Program-made: the position numbers and the translations under genes
Notes under the pieces: generated by a model
What the model was told of the DNA's origin: nothing
What the model saw: the letters and a program-made list of their open reading frames with translations, nothing else
The model's database searches: none
From: the human T2T-CHM13v2.0 reference genome, Homo sapiens
Assembly: GCF_009914755.1 (NCBI RefSeq)
Contig: NC_060928.1
Reading direction: 5' to 3' (one strand)
Length of the DNA: 64,000 nt
In this document: positions 1 to 16,166 of the stretch, one piece after another
Numbering within the stretch: the stretch's first letter is position 1
Layout: every line of letters starts with the position of its first letter

Positions 1-439
1 GATTTAAAAAACTGTGTTAAAAGGCAATTTTCTAACAGAGTCAATGTAACATTTACAGATAAATATTCAAATAGCTTGTTATAATCATCCATCTATCATT
101 TACATACAGTGCATTAAATGAGAATGTATTTTGTCTACTAAATGTTAGGAGCTGGTTTGCAAAGACAAACAGGACATTGTTCTGGAAGGGCTCATAAACT
201 GGTGGAGGAGAACAGAAAATCTATCCATTATAGAAGTCGGAAGAATGAAGTATGGCAACAGAAATAGCTTTGGGAGGTGGAGAGGGATATGGAGAAGCTT
301 TTCTAGAGGGGACGACTGCTGCTCTGGGAATGGTTGGCCAGAAACATCAAAGGGGAGTGCATTCCAAGATGATGTATTAAACATGAAAACACCTGAGAGA
401 ACATGGGTCATTCAGACATTTACAGAAGCTTTGCTTCAT

Positions 440-900
440 TTACTACATATTCATTGTATTCATTAATTCAACACATATGTGTGGATACTATATGTCAGGT
501 ACTATGTTACAAATTTAGATTATAACTCTGAATGAGAGAGACATAGTCCCTACCCCAAAAGAGTTAACAATCTAGTAGAAGAGATTTATTTTTTGAAAAA
601 AATTCCCCATATTGTGATAAAGAGCTAGAAAGATTAGGTAGACACCACTCTAGTGATATGAAAAGAGGAGAACTTAACCTGGATTAGTGGGGTCTGTGAA
701 AGAAGTGATTTCTAAGCTGATATCTGAGGATGAAGAGCATTTATTAAAGACCAGGAAGTAGAAGAACATTTGAGGTAGAGGAAATATCATACAAAAAAGA
801 TCTTCAAGTCAGCAAGAAAGTGTATTACCTTGAGAACCAGGGTTATTTCAATGTGACTGGAAGAAAGGGTTTGAAGTGGGGATAACAAGCACTGAGTTGG
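440..900 (-). mobile_element. L2 LINE 3' fragment (degenerate)
   Basis: Starts with TTCATT/ATTCAACA followed by '...tatgtcaggtactatg...agacatagtccctacc', matching the reverse complement of the L2 3' end; boundaries approximate. Confidence 0.6.
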
Positions 901-1532
901 AAGGACATGACTGCTTTTGGGACCTGTGTGCCTCCACACTTCCTGCCTATAGCTCTGAAGTGAGAGACAGTGAAGCTAAAATACACAAAGGTGTAAAAGA
1001 AAAAATAATTAGAGAGTCACGGCAGTGTTTATGTTCCCCATTCTAGCCATACATGAAGTCCGTAGGCCACCCTGTTCTATTACATTGGTTATTTAAATCT
1101 TCCCTGAATTTCACCAGTATTTTTGGCCTAACTAGATAGAGTTGACTTAATCTCACTAGCAGGCAAGAATACTAAGAAATGCTCTCATTAATAGAGCTTC
1201 TTATTCCCTTTCTCTAGTCTAACATTGTGTTGTGATTACTTGCCATATTCTTTCTTCCCAACTAAAGTATGAACAGAGGGGACCATGTGTCACCATCCTT
1301 GTTTCCCGAATACATGGAAGACGCAGTGAGAAGACTAAATAAGGCACATCACCCTGCCAACCTGTGAGTCAGGAGGCCCTATTTCTAGACTGACTGGCTA
1401 TTACTAGCTGTTTGGTCCCTGTCCCGCTTCTGTAGGAATCTGTGCTTTTGTTTCATGTCTATGACAAACTTAGTAGATTAGATGCTGAGATCTTTGAGTT
1501 CTAAGTTTGAAAAAGCCTGTGAGTCCCCCTAA

Positions 1533-1945
<413 letters not shown>

Positions 1946-3238
1946 AATCTCCATCAATCTTAGCTTTCTCTTCAGTTATATGACAAATATTAATTTTCAT
2001 TTTGTAGAGTTATTTTGAAGATTAAATGGCATGCAAAAAATGTCAAATACATTGCCTAGCATTTAGGTGCTAGAAATTTGAGCTCTCCTCCCTAGCCCAT
2101 AGAAACATCAATCAATATTTGTTGTTTGTTTTGCCTTAGGTGTTAGTATAAAGCAGAAGGAGATGATAAAGTTAGGCAGAAATTCTAACTTTACTTCCCT
2201 AAGAGGAGAAAACAGGAAGGGTTCAGATTTTTGTATTCATGAGCCTCTTCCTAGTTTCAAGTTTTTATTATCTATTTAACAAAACAAATGTACTGATTCT
2301 CTATTCTGAGTCACTGCATTAGATTTTCTAGTCTTAAAGAAGTCAGCCCAAAACACCGAAAATGGAAATGAACCCAGTTTCAGACCAAATTACCTGGAAC
2401 TCAAACCAGGAAATGTAACCTGACAAATACCTATGTGCTTTTGGGGGTGTCAAGATAGACTGTTTGAAATTGATTGTCTTGATTGTCATAGAAATGAGAA
2501 CAGTGTATGTAAGAAGAACATTTTCTTCCCAGTTCCTGTCACATCCACTTCACCAACCAATTCTTTCTCATTGGTCAAATGTAAGTGCTTTTCCACATTC
2601 ATTTCCTCTATCCACTGGGACATGAAATTGTCAGCCACACGTAAATACCTTCTATATCAAAGCTAAAGTGATACATGCCTGAGAAGAGGTGATAGACATA
2701 TCCCCACAGGAATTCAGAGATGAAGACAGTATCTCCAGCTGGAACTTCTCTTTTCTCTCTATACTATTCCCCAAACCCTAGCTGCTTAGGGTTCAGCAAC
2801 ATCCACTTTCTCAAGAGCTGGACTGTAAGTTTCAGCAAGGTGAGTGAAAAATCAGTAAATTACACTGCAGAGCTTAAGTCAGGTTGCCTTTATAATTTGA
2901 CACATTTTACAAGTGTTTGATTTAAAAACAAATGTAGTTAAAGAAGTTGGAACTGCAAATGCCCCTCTCCATTGTTTTCTGGTAAGGAGAAGTATTTCTT
3001 TAAGGCAAACATTTTCTGAATTGGATAGCCGCACACATGCCACAGCATCTCTCATTTTCAGTGAATCAAATTTTTAAAGGAACCTGCTTTTTCAGCTGCT
3101 CTGTATTGGATGCTCAAAGGATTTTTTTTTAAATAGGTTAAATTGAGGTAGTTTTTGGCAGGCCTGTAACATGCGCAGTAAATGCATGGCTTTAGGATTT
3201 TGTGAGTCAAAGACCAAATGGAGTAATTACTTGATGTC

Positions 3239-3608
3239 TGTTATGGACTGAATTATGTTTCTACAATATTCATATGTTGAAGGCTTAACCCCAATGCAGT
3301 GGTATTTGGAGATGGGGCCTTTGGGAGATAATTAGGTTTAGATGGGGTTATAAGGGTATGACCCTCATGGCAGGATTAGTGCCCTTATTAGAAGAGGCAG
3401 CAAAGAGTTGGGACTCCCTTTCTCTGCTATGTGAGGACACAGAGAGAAGATGCCCATTTGCAAGAGAGAAAGCGTGCCGCTTCCAGACCCCAACTATGCT
3501 GGCACCCTGATCTTAGACTCCTAGTCTCCAGAACAGTGAGAAAATAAATTTCTGTTGTTTAAGCTCTTCAGTGTGAAGTATTTTGTTACGGTGGCCCAAG
3601 CAAATATA
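3239..3608 (+). mobile_element. MaLR solo LTR (MLT1A-type)
   Basis: TGTTATGGACTGAAT...CATATGTTGAA...GGGGCCTTTGGGAG...GGATTAGTGCCCTTAT...CTCCAGAACAGTGAGAAAATAAATTTCTGTTGTTTAAG, typical of MLT1A. Confidence 0.88.
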
Positions 3609-4619
3609 GTCCCAACTTTTCTTCATGTATATATGTTAAGTTTCATGTATGGGAAACAAGCATGGAACTCTGTGGTTGAGTTACTTTCTAGGAAGATTCA
3701 TGGCAAATAATGTCATTTTCATCTGAACAAATAGTGGCTCTGTGTGTCATGGCAGAAATGGATGGGAAAAGTGCATGATTTCCCCATGGTAGGAGTAAGA
3801 TGGTTTTACTGAAGAGTGGCCTTGAGCCAATCCTGAGAAACTGTGTCCCAGGATGCAGCAGGACTCCACTGAAAGATGATGCTTGTTTCTCACAGCTCAT
3901 GGACAGATCTAGGAGTTTGTCTCTCTCCTACCACCACCAAATTCAGCCTGTAAACTAAAACAAATGAGAGAGAAAGAAGCAAATAAATGCTGACTGAGGT
4001 CTATTCAGTGACTGTGTTTTCCAGGTATCCTGATGTAGGATTTCTGCAGATTATCTTAAATAATTATAATACTCTCTTTCTCAACCTAAACACCTTTCCC
4101 TCCTACCAATTTAGAGCTGGTTAAAGTGAAGCTTACAGAGAGAGGTTGATTGAATATCTCAGTATCACGTGGTGAGTAAAGATGGGGCTGAGACTTCAAT
4201 CCAGGGGCATCTCATGTTTGTGTCATGTCTGACTGCTGTCAGTTGCAAAGACAGTCTCACAATCATTTTCCCTAAAGAAGTAAGGAGAAACTTTCATCCA
4301 CTGAAAGGACCTACTCTAGCCACAGCACTGAAGGAAGAATCTCCACCTGAGAGTGGAGCAAAAATTCCAACTCTCAGCTTCAGCTGTTGTCTCTGCCTGG
4401 TCCATAATGAAAAGGAAAGGAACTCCACCAATATCAACCACCTAGAGGCAGGGCAGTGAGGGTTTTCTGCTTAATGGAATATCCTCCCTCTTATCCTGTA
4501 TCCTTGGAAATGACTCCAAGCGCAAAGTTATAATAAGTTTAATTAACAAAAAATATTTTATGTGCTCAATTCAAATATTGAGTGGGCAGATGATACGCTG
4601 ATTCTGAGATGCATAAAGC

Positions 4620-5700
<1,081 letters not shown>

Positions 5701-5939
5701 TAATACAAATATACCTAATTATTTTGTATTATGTGTTCTTTTTAATTTTTTTGATTTTCTTATTAAAGTGCAAAAAATCTATCAAATAGCTAAGTGAAAT
5801 AAGCACTGTTTGTTATCACACGCCTTAGGCAGAGTCAAGAAACACGATTTGAGAATGAGACCTTTAAGACTGGTACTGAAAGTAGGGGTAATTCCATAGG
5901 AGAATGCTTAGGAAGCTGGCAAAAGAAGGGGAGAAAAAG

Positions 5940-5962
5940 TGTGTGTGTGTTTGTGTGTGTGT
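5940..5962. repeat. (TG)n microsatellite, interrupted
   Basis: tgtgtgtgtgtttgtgtgtgtgt seen directly. Confidence 0.85.
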
Positions 5963-6049
5963 TTCCAGAGTATACATTTTTACTAAACCTCTGTGTTTCT
6001 AATCTTCTTGGTCTAGATTTTGCCCATTACCACCCCTTCCTGCCAATGC

Positions 6050-7170
6050 TTTGATCAAGGTCACCATTGTCTTTCTAATTGTCCATTTAATGTCCTATTT
6101 TCTGTTTTCGATATTCTGATTTTTGTGTAGCATTTGCCACTTTTGACTTCCCCCTCTTCCTCCACTTCCTTCTTCAGGAATCCCTATTTATTTTCTTGAA
6201 GTTCAAAACATCACCATTTACTCAGACTTAACATGTCCTAGTACTCTCCTTTTAACTGTCCTGTTTCTCTGATGTATTTACACACCTTTGATGAGGCTGT
6301 GACATTCTCTGAATCTTCTGCTACAAACTTCCAGTGTCCTACAACAGATCTTTCTTTATTACTCAACATGTCCTTTTAGCTTAAAAGTAATTCCCATATT
6401 TGTCTCCTCTTCTCTATTACCATTGCTTTTACCTTTGTTCCAGCTTCATTGACTCATACTTTTAAACCACCCCTTTGAGTATTTTCAGTATGTTTATGGT
6501 CCTGAGGGGGAAAAATCCCCCAAGTTCCCAATAGTTTATTTTTATTCTGAAGATTGCTTCAGGATCCTCTCTCAGCTGTTCACTTTCCCTTCCCCAGGCT
6601 GCCATTTTGTGTGACTTTAAGCCTTGCCTTATTCTCATCTCTCTTCTCTTCATGTTGTTACGGGGAGTTGTGTGTTCTGCCTCCATTGTGTTTGACTGAA
6701 TAAAGCAGCTTCCAATCCAAGCGCTGACAGGAAGAAGGCTTCTCGCATAAACTATGGGATACATCCATTCTCCATTGGATTTTCTTGTTTGCCAGTTCTT
6801 TGGTATGGTGATTTTCTTTCATCTGGAACTTCCTTGAAATTTCATGTTAATAACTCTTTCTTTCACTCTTGGGAAGTAAAGGTCAAAGTCTTTCCAGTGA
6901 ACTACAAGGTTTCACCTGGTCTAGCCCCATTTAGCTCCTTAAGCCCTCTTAACATTCTGTTCTTCTGCTTACTCAGCCTGTCATATTGTCCTCCTCACTA
7001 TTCTTCAGACTCAGCAGGCATAAACCACCAGGGGTGTTTGAGTGAGCTGGTCCCTCTCCCTAGATGTTCTTCCCCCAGTTGTCCACAGGAATCCTTACTT
7101 CTCTCTAGAGTCTTTGAGTATTTGTCCCTTTCACAAGGCGTCCTACCTGATTATCCAACTCACTACTCCA
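6050..7170 (+). mobile_element. L2 LINE internal/3' fragment
   Basis: Pyrimidine-rich plus strand with L2 motifs ('caaggtcaccattg...gcatttgccacttttgacttccccctcttcc', 'ccctctccctagatgttcttccccc'); appears to continue at 8465-8650 after nested insertions. Confidence 0.6.
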
Positions 7171-7202
7171 TGCCTATTGTTTTAAAATATAGTATATTAA
7201 GA

Positions 7203-8131
<929 letters not shown>

Positions 8132-8168
8132 TTCGTATTTCTAATTCTCTTTTCTTTTTTCCATAGTA

Positions 8169-8462
8169 TTTTTTTTTTTTTGAGACAAGTTCTTGCTCTG
8201 CTGCCCAGGCTGGATTGCAATGGATGATCTCATCTCACTGCAACTTCTGTGTCCCAGGCTCAAGCAATTATCCTGTCTCAGCCTCCCTAGTAGCTGGAAC
8301 TACAGGCACATGCCACCACACCCAGCTAAGTTTTGTATTTTCAGTAGAGATGGGGTTTTGCCACATTGCCCAAGCTGGTCTAGAACTCCTGAGCTCAGGT
8401 GTTCCGCCTGCCTTAGTGTCCCAAAGTGCTAGGATTACAGGCGTGAGCCACCGCACCCAGCC
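8169..8462 (-). mobile_element. AluJ-type SINE
   Basis: Poly-T, then a reverse Alu with J-type features (CAGGCTCAAGCAAT, CTCCTGAGCTCAGG); divergent. Confidence 0.93.
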
Positions 8463-8464
8463 TC

Positions 8465-8650
8465 CACAACATTTTATCACCTTCTAACTTACCATACCAT
8501 TTACCCATTATGTTTATTGTTTATTACCTGACTCCTCTCTTTAGAGTATAAGCTTCAAGGATAAGGAATTTAATTTCTATTTTATTAACTGATATCCCGA
8601 ACCTAGAAAAATATGTAGCATGTATGTTCAGTCACTGTTTATGGAATAAA
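8465..8650 (+). mobile_element. L2 3' end
   Basis: '...tagagtataagcttcaagg...ttaactgatatcccgaacctaga...gtttatggaataaa' matches the L2 terminus. Confidence 0.6.
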
Positions 8651-11089
8651 CACCTTTAGCTCTACAAGCTGTAAACTGTTGGCATTATATCCCATGTCCC
8701 ACGCAAGATTCTGAGATGCTCTAACCTGGCTGAAGATCTGGTCCCTGATTGTTCATGGAGTTGGACAGGACAGTCTGGACTCTGGAAACAAAATCTAACT
8801 CCTTAAGAGGTCTTATTCTTAGTTCATTTAATTTTCATTTTGTTTTTATGTTGAAGGTTATCTGGATGGAATAATACAGCTTCTAGAACTCAAGGTCTCT
8901 TAAGCTAGCTTCTTTGTTAATAAATAACAAGATAACAAGATTCTTCACCTGTGATCTTTAGGTTATTGTGAATTGAAATCCAGAGGTGGATACACACACA
9001 TAATGTATGTGGATGTGTGTATCACAGGTGAAAAGGGAAGAGGAGGAAAGTGTGTGTATACTTCTGCACACAGGCTGGAGAATAGAAAACTCAGGATGAT
9101 ATTCATGGAAGGTTTCTAGGCCTTCTTTTCTAGTAAATCTCAATGTCTCTTTACATATTTTACAGAGTTGTTACCATGGTAACTATTTTAAAAAGTCAAA
9201 AACATTGTAGCTTTATATTCTCCACTTAGAGCTTCTAAAAAGGGGGTGTCCCAGATACTTAACTTCCAAATCTTTTCTTTCCAATTACACACCACATTGA
9301 CCTTTTATACAATAAAAAATAGGCATTTGTTTTGTCAATGAATAGTTGTGTACAGTCCATGTCAACTTGGCCTTATCACTCACACAGTGTTGTGGTTGAA
9401 TTGCAAAGGAAATATACCAAATTTGATATCTCATTAAAATGATTATCTCCTGAATAAATTTTCTGAATTTAACCATATTTCTTATTTTATGCTTAAAAAA
9501 TTCTTTCACATCTATGATGGAATGAGAATAATATTTTAAATATCTCATGTGATAGGAATTATACTTCTGACAAATGTTGTCAAAACACTATGGAGATTCA
9601 GTCTATGCTGGAGTTTTTTTCTACCACCTACTTTCTTTAAAAAAATTGAGAACTACACACTGAGACAAAAATTATGAAAACATACTTGGTATGCTTGGAA
9701 CTAGAAGCTCTATCTTTTGTTGTTAAAATATACTACAAAGATCGAGTGTCTGGAGAACTGAAATCCATTTTGGGTTTTCACTGCCATGCATAATATGTTG
9801 AGATACAACAATTGCCAGTTGGATCTCTTCCTATGCTGTCTACATTCACACAATATGTTTTTCTGCTAGGCGTGATAATGAATGACAAAAAAATTATACC
9901 AGTTGGTGGCAATGTTGTTTTCATAGCAATGGTCACTTAGTTAAAACTGCAGGACTTTGCTGATTTTTCCCTTATAAACTCTGTTATTTTGACTTTTTAA
10001 CTTGTGCTACAAGTTATTTCTGGCTTAAAAATGAGGCCAGGTTTTCTATAACTTCCAAGTATTCATCTTGTTATCTTTAAGCCTTTTTTCATTTCTGAGG
10101 GCAAACCAAATGTGAAATAATAAATAGGGTTGTGTGACCTGAAAAAGCAAATTCTGAAGACCGCAGGAAACTCTGTAAAACATTGCCTTGCCTCATCAAG
10201 AAATTACACATACATGTGGTAGAAAGCAATTTTGAATCCTGATTCCTGAATGCCTTTCATCTGGTATCTGTTTCAGAACTTATTACTTAATAGGCAGAGT
10301 ATGTGATATTTAGTGAAAACTTCCCTGAACATCAATTTTCATCCAACTAAAATCAAAAAGCTTTCCAAGATAAGCAATTGATAAAGTTTAACTGTCTAAA
10401 ATTATTTCATGTGTAGAATGGACATATGGGATACAAGAGTACATCTGGTGGTTGGAAATTGAGCATGTACATGCATTGGCCTAAAGTTGTGCTAGAATTC
10501 TTCACCCTCTTGCTCAGATTCCAACTCCTACAAGAAACCTTTCCAAATCACACACCGCTTTAAATTAGTATTTCTACATCAACTCTTATCAACTTCTAAA
10601 ACACTTTATTCATATCTTTGGTGTTGTACTTATCACAACTTGCTTTACATTGACTATTTGTGCACCCATTACACTCAATAGGTATCAGTTTAATTCAACA
10701 AGTTAACTACACACCAATCATGTGCTAGTCCCACTGCTGGACATCAGTAAGTAAATGAACTTTGCAGAGTCCATGGCTTAGTCTTACTGAATTGTGTATT
10801 CCTCTTTCTTCCTAGAATTGTGTGTTTGTTGACTTTGATGAAATCTGAGCCTTCATCTTTAAAGAATGATACTGTTCTACCTGTTTCTTGAATAAATGCA
10901 AGCAGCAAACCTAATGTCAAGAACTAAATACATGAATTGATGAATAGATAGTGGGCCAAGACTCAGAGACTCAAATACCAGGGATAAAGCAAGTGAGGGG
11001 ACAGAATGATGAAGCAAGTGGGTTTAGATGCAGAGCTAGGAGGAAATGGAGAAAACAATATAGTCATCATAATAGAAACTACAACCACC

Positions 11090-11860
11090 ACATATACTGA
11101 GCTAAGGACTGTGCTATGTGCTTCTTATAAATTAACTCACTTATTCCTCCCAACAGTTTCCAAGGTGGGCATTATTTCCCTTTCATAAATGAGGAATCTT
11201 ATAGGTGCTAATATCAGCTGCCTGTCTGGGTTCTGTTTCCTAATTTTTTCTTTCTCTCAGAACCCTGATTTGGTTCAGATAGTCACCTCCTCCCAACATA
11301 GACCAAACACCTACAGAACAGGAAACTGACGATTTTACCTGTAGGAGAGGTCCTAATTGGTTTAATAGTAACTCCATACCTTGCCAATGATTTGTTCAGG
11401 AACTTAGGCCTAAAATGTTCAGCTCATGGTACTGCCTGGTTCTAAGAATTTGTTGAGAAATAGGCATGTGATCCAATTCAGGCTGAAGGCTTGCTTGAGG
11501 GCTCCCAGGAAACATTTTCCTTTACTTGGAATCAAATCTTTCATTTCTTCTCAATTAAATACTGCTCAGATATGAATGCAGAAATTGCTACAGACATTTT
11601 GCCTTCATGACACAACTAGGAAGGATTTCCAGTTAAATGAGCCAATGTCTATCTGAATTAGATTTTTTTTGTTTTTGTTAGTCAATCTGAATGAATTTTT
11701 TTGTTTTATTAGTTACTGCTGAAAGCATCCTGAGTGACACAAACTTGAAGCATGCAAGAGGACTAAATAACTTCCAAAGTCACACATATTGCATGTCAAG
11801 AGCCAGCTTCAAACTCAAGTCCCTGTGACCAGAGGTCGATGCTCTAAACACATTTCTGCA
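11090..11860 (-). mobile_element. MIR SINE split by an ancient ERVL/MaLR-type LTR (~11200-11741)
   Basis: MIR core '...attatttccctttcataaatgaggaa' resumes as 'aaacttgaagc...aaataacttccaaagtcacaca'; the insert ends 'gaaagcatcctgagtgacaca', an LTR16/MLT1J-K-type terminus. Confidence 0.55.
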
Positions 11861-12169
11861 TGACCTGCTTGTGGCAGCCTGGAGAAATTCTACATAAATC
11901 TTCTCAGAGTGAGTCTGTACTTTTGATGTGCTAGTTTGGTCTTCCTAAATAGGCTTCTGTTTCTGTCACTCTTACAATTTCTTCCCAATGTTGTGGTTCT
12001 TTTATCAGGGCCCTGACCCAATATTTTCATAGTCAAGTTCCACCTCTCTCCCACAATGACTGGAGACACTTTCTTAAACTCTTGGCTAGTGGCTGCAAGG
12101 CTGCTCCAACTCAGACGAGTCTCTCAGGAATCATAATTCACCCAATTGTGAAGCCATCTCTCTTTAGAG

Positions 12170-13739
12170 TGTGTCTGGAATTGGTGGGTTCTTGGTCTCG
12201 CTGACTTCAAGAATGAAGCCGCGGACCCTCGCGGTGAGTGTTACAGATCTTAAAGATGGTGTGTCCAGAATTCGTTCCTTCAGATGTTCAGATGTGTCCA
12301 GAGTTTCTTCCCTCTGGAGGGTTCATGGTCTTGCTAGCTTCAGCAGTGAAGCTGCAGACCTTCGCAGTGAGTGTTACAGCTCGTAAGGCGGTGCGTCTGG
12401 AGTTGTTCATCCCTCCTGGTGGGTTTGTAGTCTCGCTGGCTTCAGAAGTGAAGCTGTAGACCTTTGCGGTGAGTGTTACAGCTCATAAAGGTGGCACGCA
12501 CCCAAAGAGTGAGCAGCAGCAAGATTTATTGCAAAGAGGGAAAGAACAAAGCTCGGGCACCAGAAGGGGACCCGGAGGGTTGCCGCTGTTGGCTCGGGCA
12601 GCCTGCTTTTATTCGCTTATCTGACCCCACCCACATCCTGCTGATTTGTCCATTTTACAGAGAGCTGATTGGCCCATTTTACAGAGAGCTGATTGCTCCG
12701 TTTTGACAGGGTGCTGGTTGGTGCATCTACGAACCTTGAGCTAGACACAGAGTGCTGATTGGTGCATTTACAATCCTTTAGCTAGACACAAAAGTTCTCC
12801 AAGTCCCCACCAGATTAGCTAGACCCAGAGCGCTGATTGGTGCATTTACAAACCTTTAGCTAGACACAGAGTGCTGATTGGTGGGTTTACAATCCTTTAG
12901 CTAGACAGAAAAGTTCTCCAAGTCCCCACTAGATTAGCTAGACACACAGCACTGATTGGTGCATTTACAAACCTTGAGCTAGACACAGGGTGGTGATTGG
13001 TGCATTTCCAAACCTTGAGTTAGACATAAAGTGCTGACTGGTGCATTTACAAACCTTTAGCTAGACATAAAAGTTCTCCAAGTCCCCACCCAACTCAGGA
13101 GCCCAGCTGGCTTCCCCTAGTGGATCCCGCACCAGGGCCATGGGCGGAGCTGGCCGCCAGTCCTGCACTGCGCTGCGCACCCGCACTTCTCAGCCCTTGG
13201 GTGGTGGATGGGACCCAGCACCGCAGAGCAGGGGGCGGTGCCCGCTGGGGAGGCTCTGGCTGCGTGGGAGCCCACTGCGGGGGGGGGGGGCTCAGGCATG
13301 GAGGGCAGCAGGCCCCCAGCCCTGCCCTGCAGGGAGGTGGCCAAGGCCCAGCCAGAATTTGAGCACAGCATGGGCAGGCAGACAGCGTTGGGGGACCCGG
13401 CGCACCCTCCGCAGCTGCTGGCCCAGGTGCCAAGCCCCTCATGGCCCAGGGCCGGTGGCGCTGGCTGGCCGCTCCGAGTGTAGGGCCCTCAGAGCCTGTG
13501 CCCACCCAGAACTCACGCTGGCCTGCGAGCGCAGGGCGCAGTCCCAGTTCCTGCCTGCACCTGTCCCTCCACACCTGCCCGCAAGCAGAGGGAGCTGGCT
13601 GTGGCCTCGGCCAGCCCAGAGTGGGGCTCCCACAGTACAGCGGTGGGTTGAAGGGCTCCTCAAGCACAGCCAGAGTGGATTCCCAGGCTGAGGAGGCGCC
13701 AAGAGCCAGTGAGGGCTGCTAGCACGTTGTCACCTCTCA
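12170..13739 (-). mobile_element. LTR12 (LTR12C-like) solo LTR of ERV9/HERV-9
   Basis: Minus strand begins TGAGAGGTGACAACGTGCTAGCAG and ends AATTCCAGACACA; GC/CpG-rich 5' U3; ~40-bp CCAAT tandem repeats; U5 repeats (TGAGTGTTACAGCTC); 1570 bp; 4-bp TSD agag/agac. Confidence 0.97.
12608..13090 (-). promoter_or_regulatory. ERV9 LTR U3 enhancer/promoter: tandem CCAAT (NF-Y) repeats plus AATAAA-type TATA box
   Basis: Intact ATTGG at 12668, 12758, 12836, 12877, 12955 and 12996; TTTATT at 12608-12613 (minus-strand AATAAA promoter box); LTR polyA signal at 12525-12530. Confidence 0.8.
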
Positions 13740-14709
13740 AGACCACCCGTCTATCCATGTGGACTCAGCAGCTCAGTCTCCTAAGAAATTCTGTAGCAAT
13801 CCTGACTTGATTAAGAGTTCGTTTTGTCTCACAATACTGATTTGGGCTGCTACTCTCATTTCTCTTAGTACTAAATGTGTTAGATCCCAGGGTATTTCTC
13901 TCTTGCCAACCCTGCCTTTCAGAATCTATGCTTTGCAATTGAAGTGGGACTTGGCTGTGATAGTATGCTGGTTATGGTCAAAGATGGGCCATGTATATAC
14001 CACTGTCATACAAGGCGTGATAAGAATTATAATCGACATCTAAAAAGTGCAGTTGGTGTAAAAGGGAGATTAATCCAAACTTTATCTACAGAAAGACGAA
14101 AAGACAGAACAAGAGAGAGAAGTTTATATAATGGATGGGAATATCATGTCTTATTTTTAACAAGCGTCTCAGAACCCACAATAGTCAATGTTTTTCCTCT
14201 CTCCTGCCTTCTAACTCTGCCCCTTAAAGGTTTGTGCTGGCCTCTTTTAAGATTTGGAGTTCTTGCTTGGTGAATTTGAAAAATGGAGACTCAAATTGCT
14301 GGCATATTGAATTGCTCCAAGGACATAATGAAGTTATCTTGGCAAATGAATCAAATGATAGTTGTTAAGCAAAAACTCAGGAAAATAATTTAATGTTTAT
14401 ACAGTGTTGCCAAGAGTCACATCTTTTTAGATTTCAAAGGAGCAACTAGCTGCCCAGAAATCTTGATAAATGTATGTTGACATCCTAGAAAAGAGTGGCC
14501 ATTCAATTACTTCCATACTATATCAGCTGAACAAGGAGATGAAAAGCATATGGTTGGAAAATGCCCCCAAGTTCATGAGGCCTTTGACTGTTTCTAAAAT
14601 ATTTGATATTAATATCCTTTTCAAGCTGGTCTCAGAGAATTTCCTTTCAACCAAGAAAACTAAAGGGGAAAGATTAGCCCAAGTTAGATGTCAATTCAGA
14701 TCAAATACA

Positions 14710-15631
<922 letters not shown>

Positions 15632-15924
15632 GGACTGGCATGGTGGCTCATGCCTGTAATCCCAGCACTTTCGGAGGCTAAGGTGGGTGGATCACGAGGT
15701 CAAGAGATTGAGATCATCCCTGGCCAATATGGTGAAATCCCGTCTTTACTAAAAATACAAAAATTAGCCGAGTGTGGTGGCGTGCAACTGTAGTCCCAGC
15801 TACTTGGGAGGCTGAGGCGGGAGAATCACTTTAAACGGGGAGGCAGAGGTTGCAGTGAGCCAAGATAGTGTCATTGCACTCCAGCCTGGTGACAGAGCAA
15901 GACTCCGTCTCAAAAACAAAACAA
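15632..15924 (+). mobile_element. AluSc
   Basis: GATCACGAGGTCAAGAGATTGAG diagnostic; perfect 13-bp TSD aaaagttaaaaca (15619-15631 / 15925-15937). Confidence 0.95.
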
Positions 15925-16001
15925 AAAAGTTAAAACAAATGAAATAAAAAGGATAATATTTTTTAAAGTAAAAATAAGAACAAAATAAATAATAAATAAA
16001 T

Positions 16002-16166
16002 AATTAGTTGGGCATGGTGGCTCATGCCTGTAGTCCCAGCTATTCAGGGGGCTAAGGATCACTTAAGTTCAGGAGTTTCAGGTACACCATAGTTGCACCA
16101 AAGCACTCTAGCCTGGATGATAGATAGAGATCCTGTCTCAGAAAAAAACAAACCCCCCCAAAAAAA
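16002..16166 (+). mobile_element. AluJ right arm
   Basis: AATTAGTTGGGCATGGTGGCTCATGCCTGTAGTCCCAGCTA...GGATCACTTAAG...GCACTCTAGCCTGG...CCTGTCTCA plus A tail. Confidence 0.85.

Noticed and set aside
12720-13090. Regularly spaced ~40-bp repeats superficially like a CRISPR array
   Set aside because: No unique spacers; this is the known ERV9 LTR U3 tandem enhancer in eukaryotic DNA
13095-13722. Overlapping long ORFs (up to 190 aa) on both strands
   Set aside because: They lie entirely in the GC-rich U3 of LTR12, where stop codons are scarce; no protein-family resemblance
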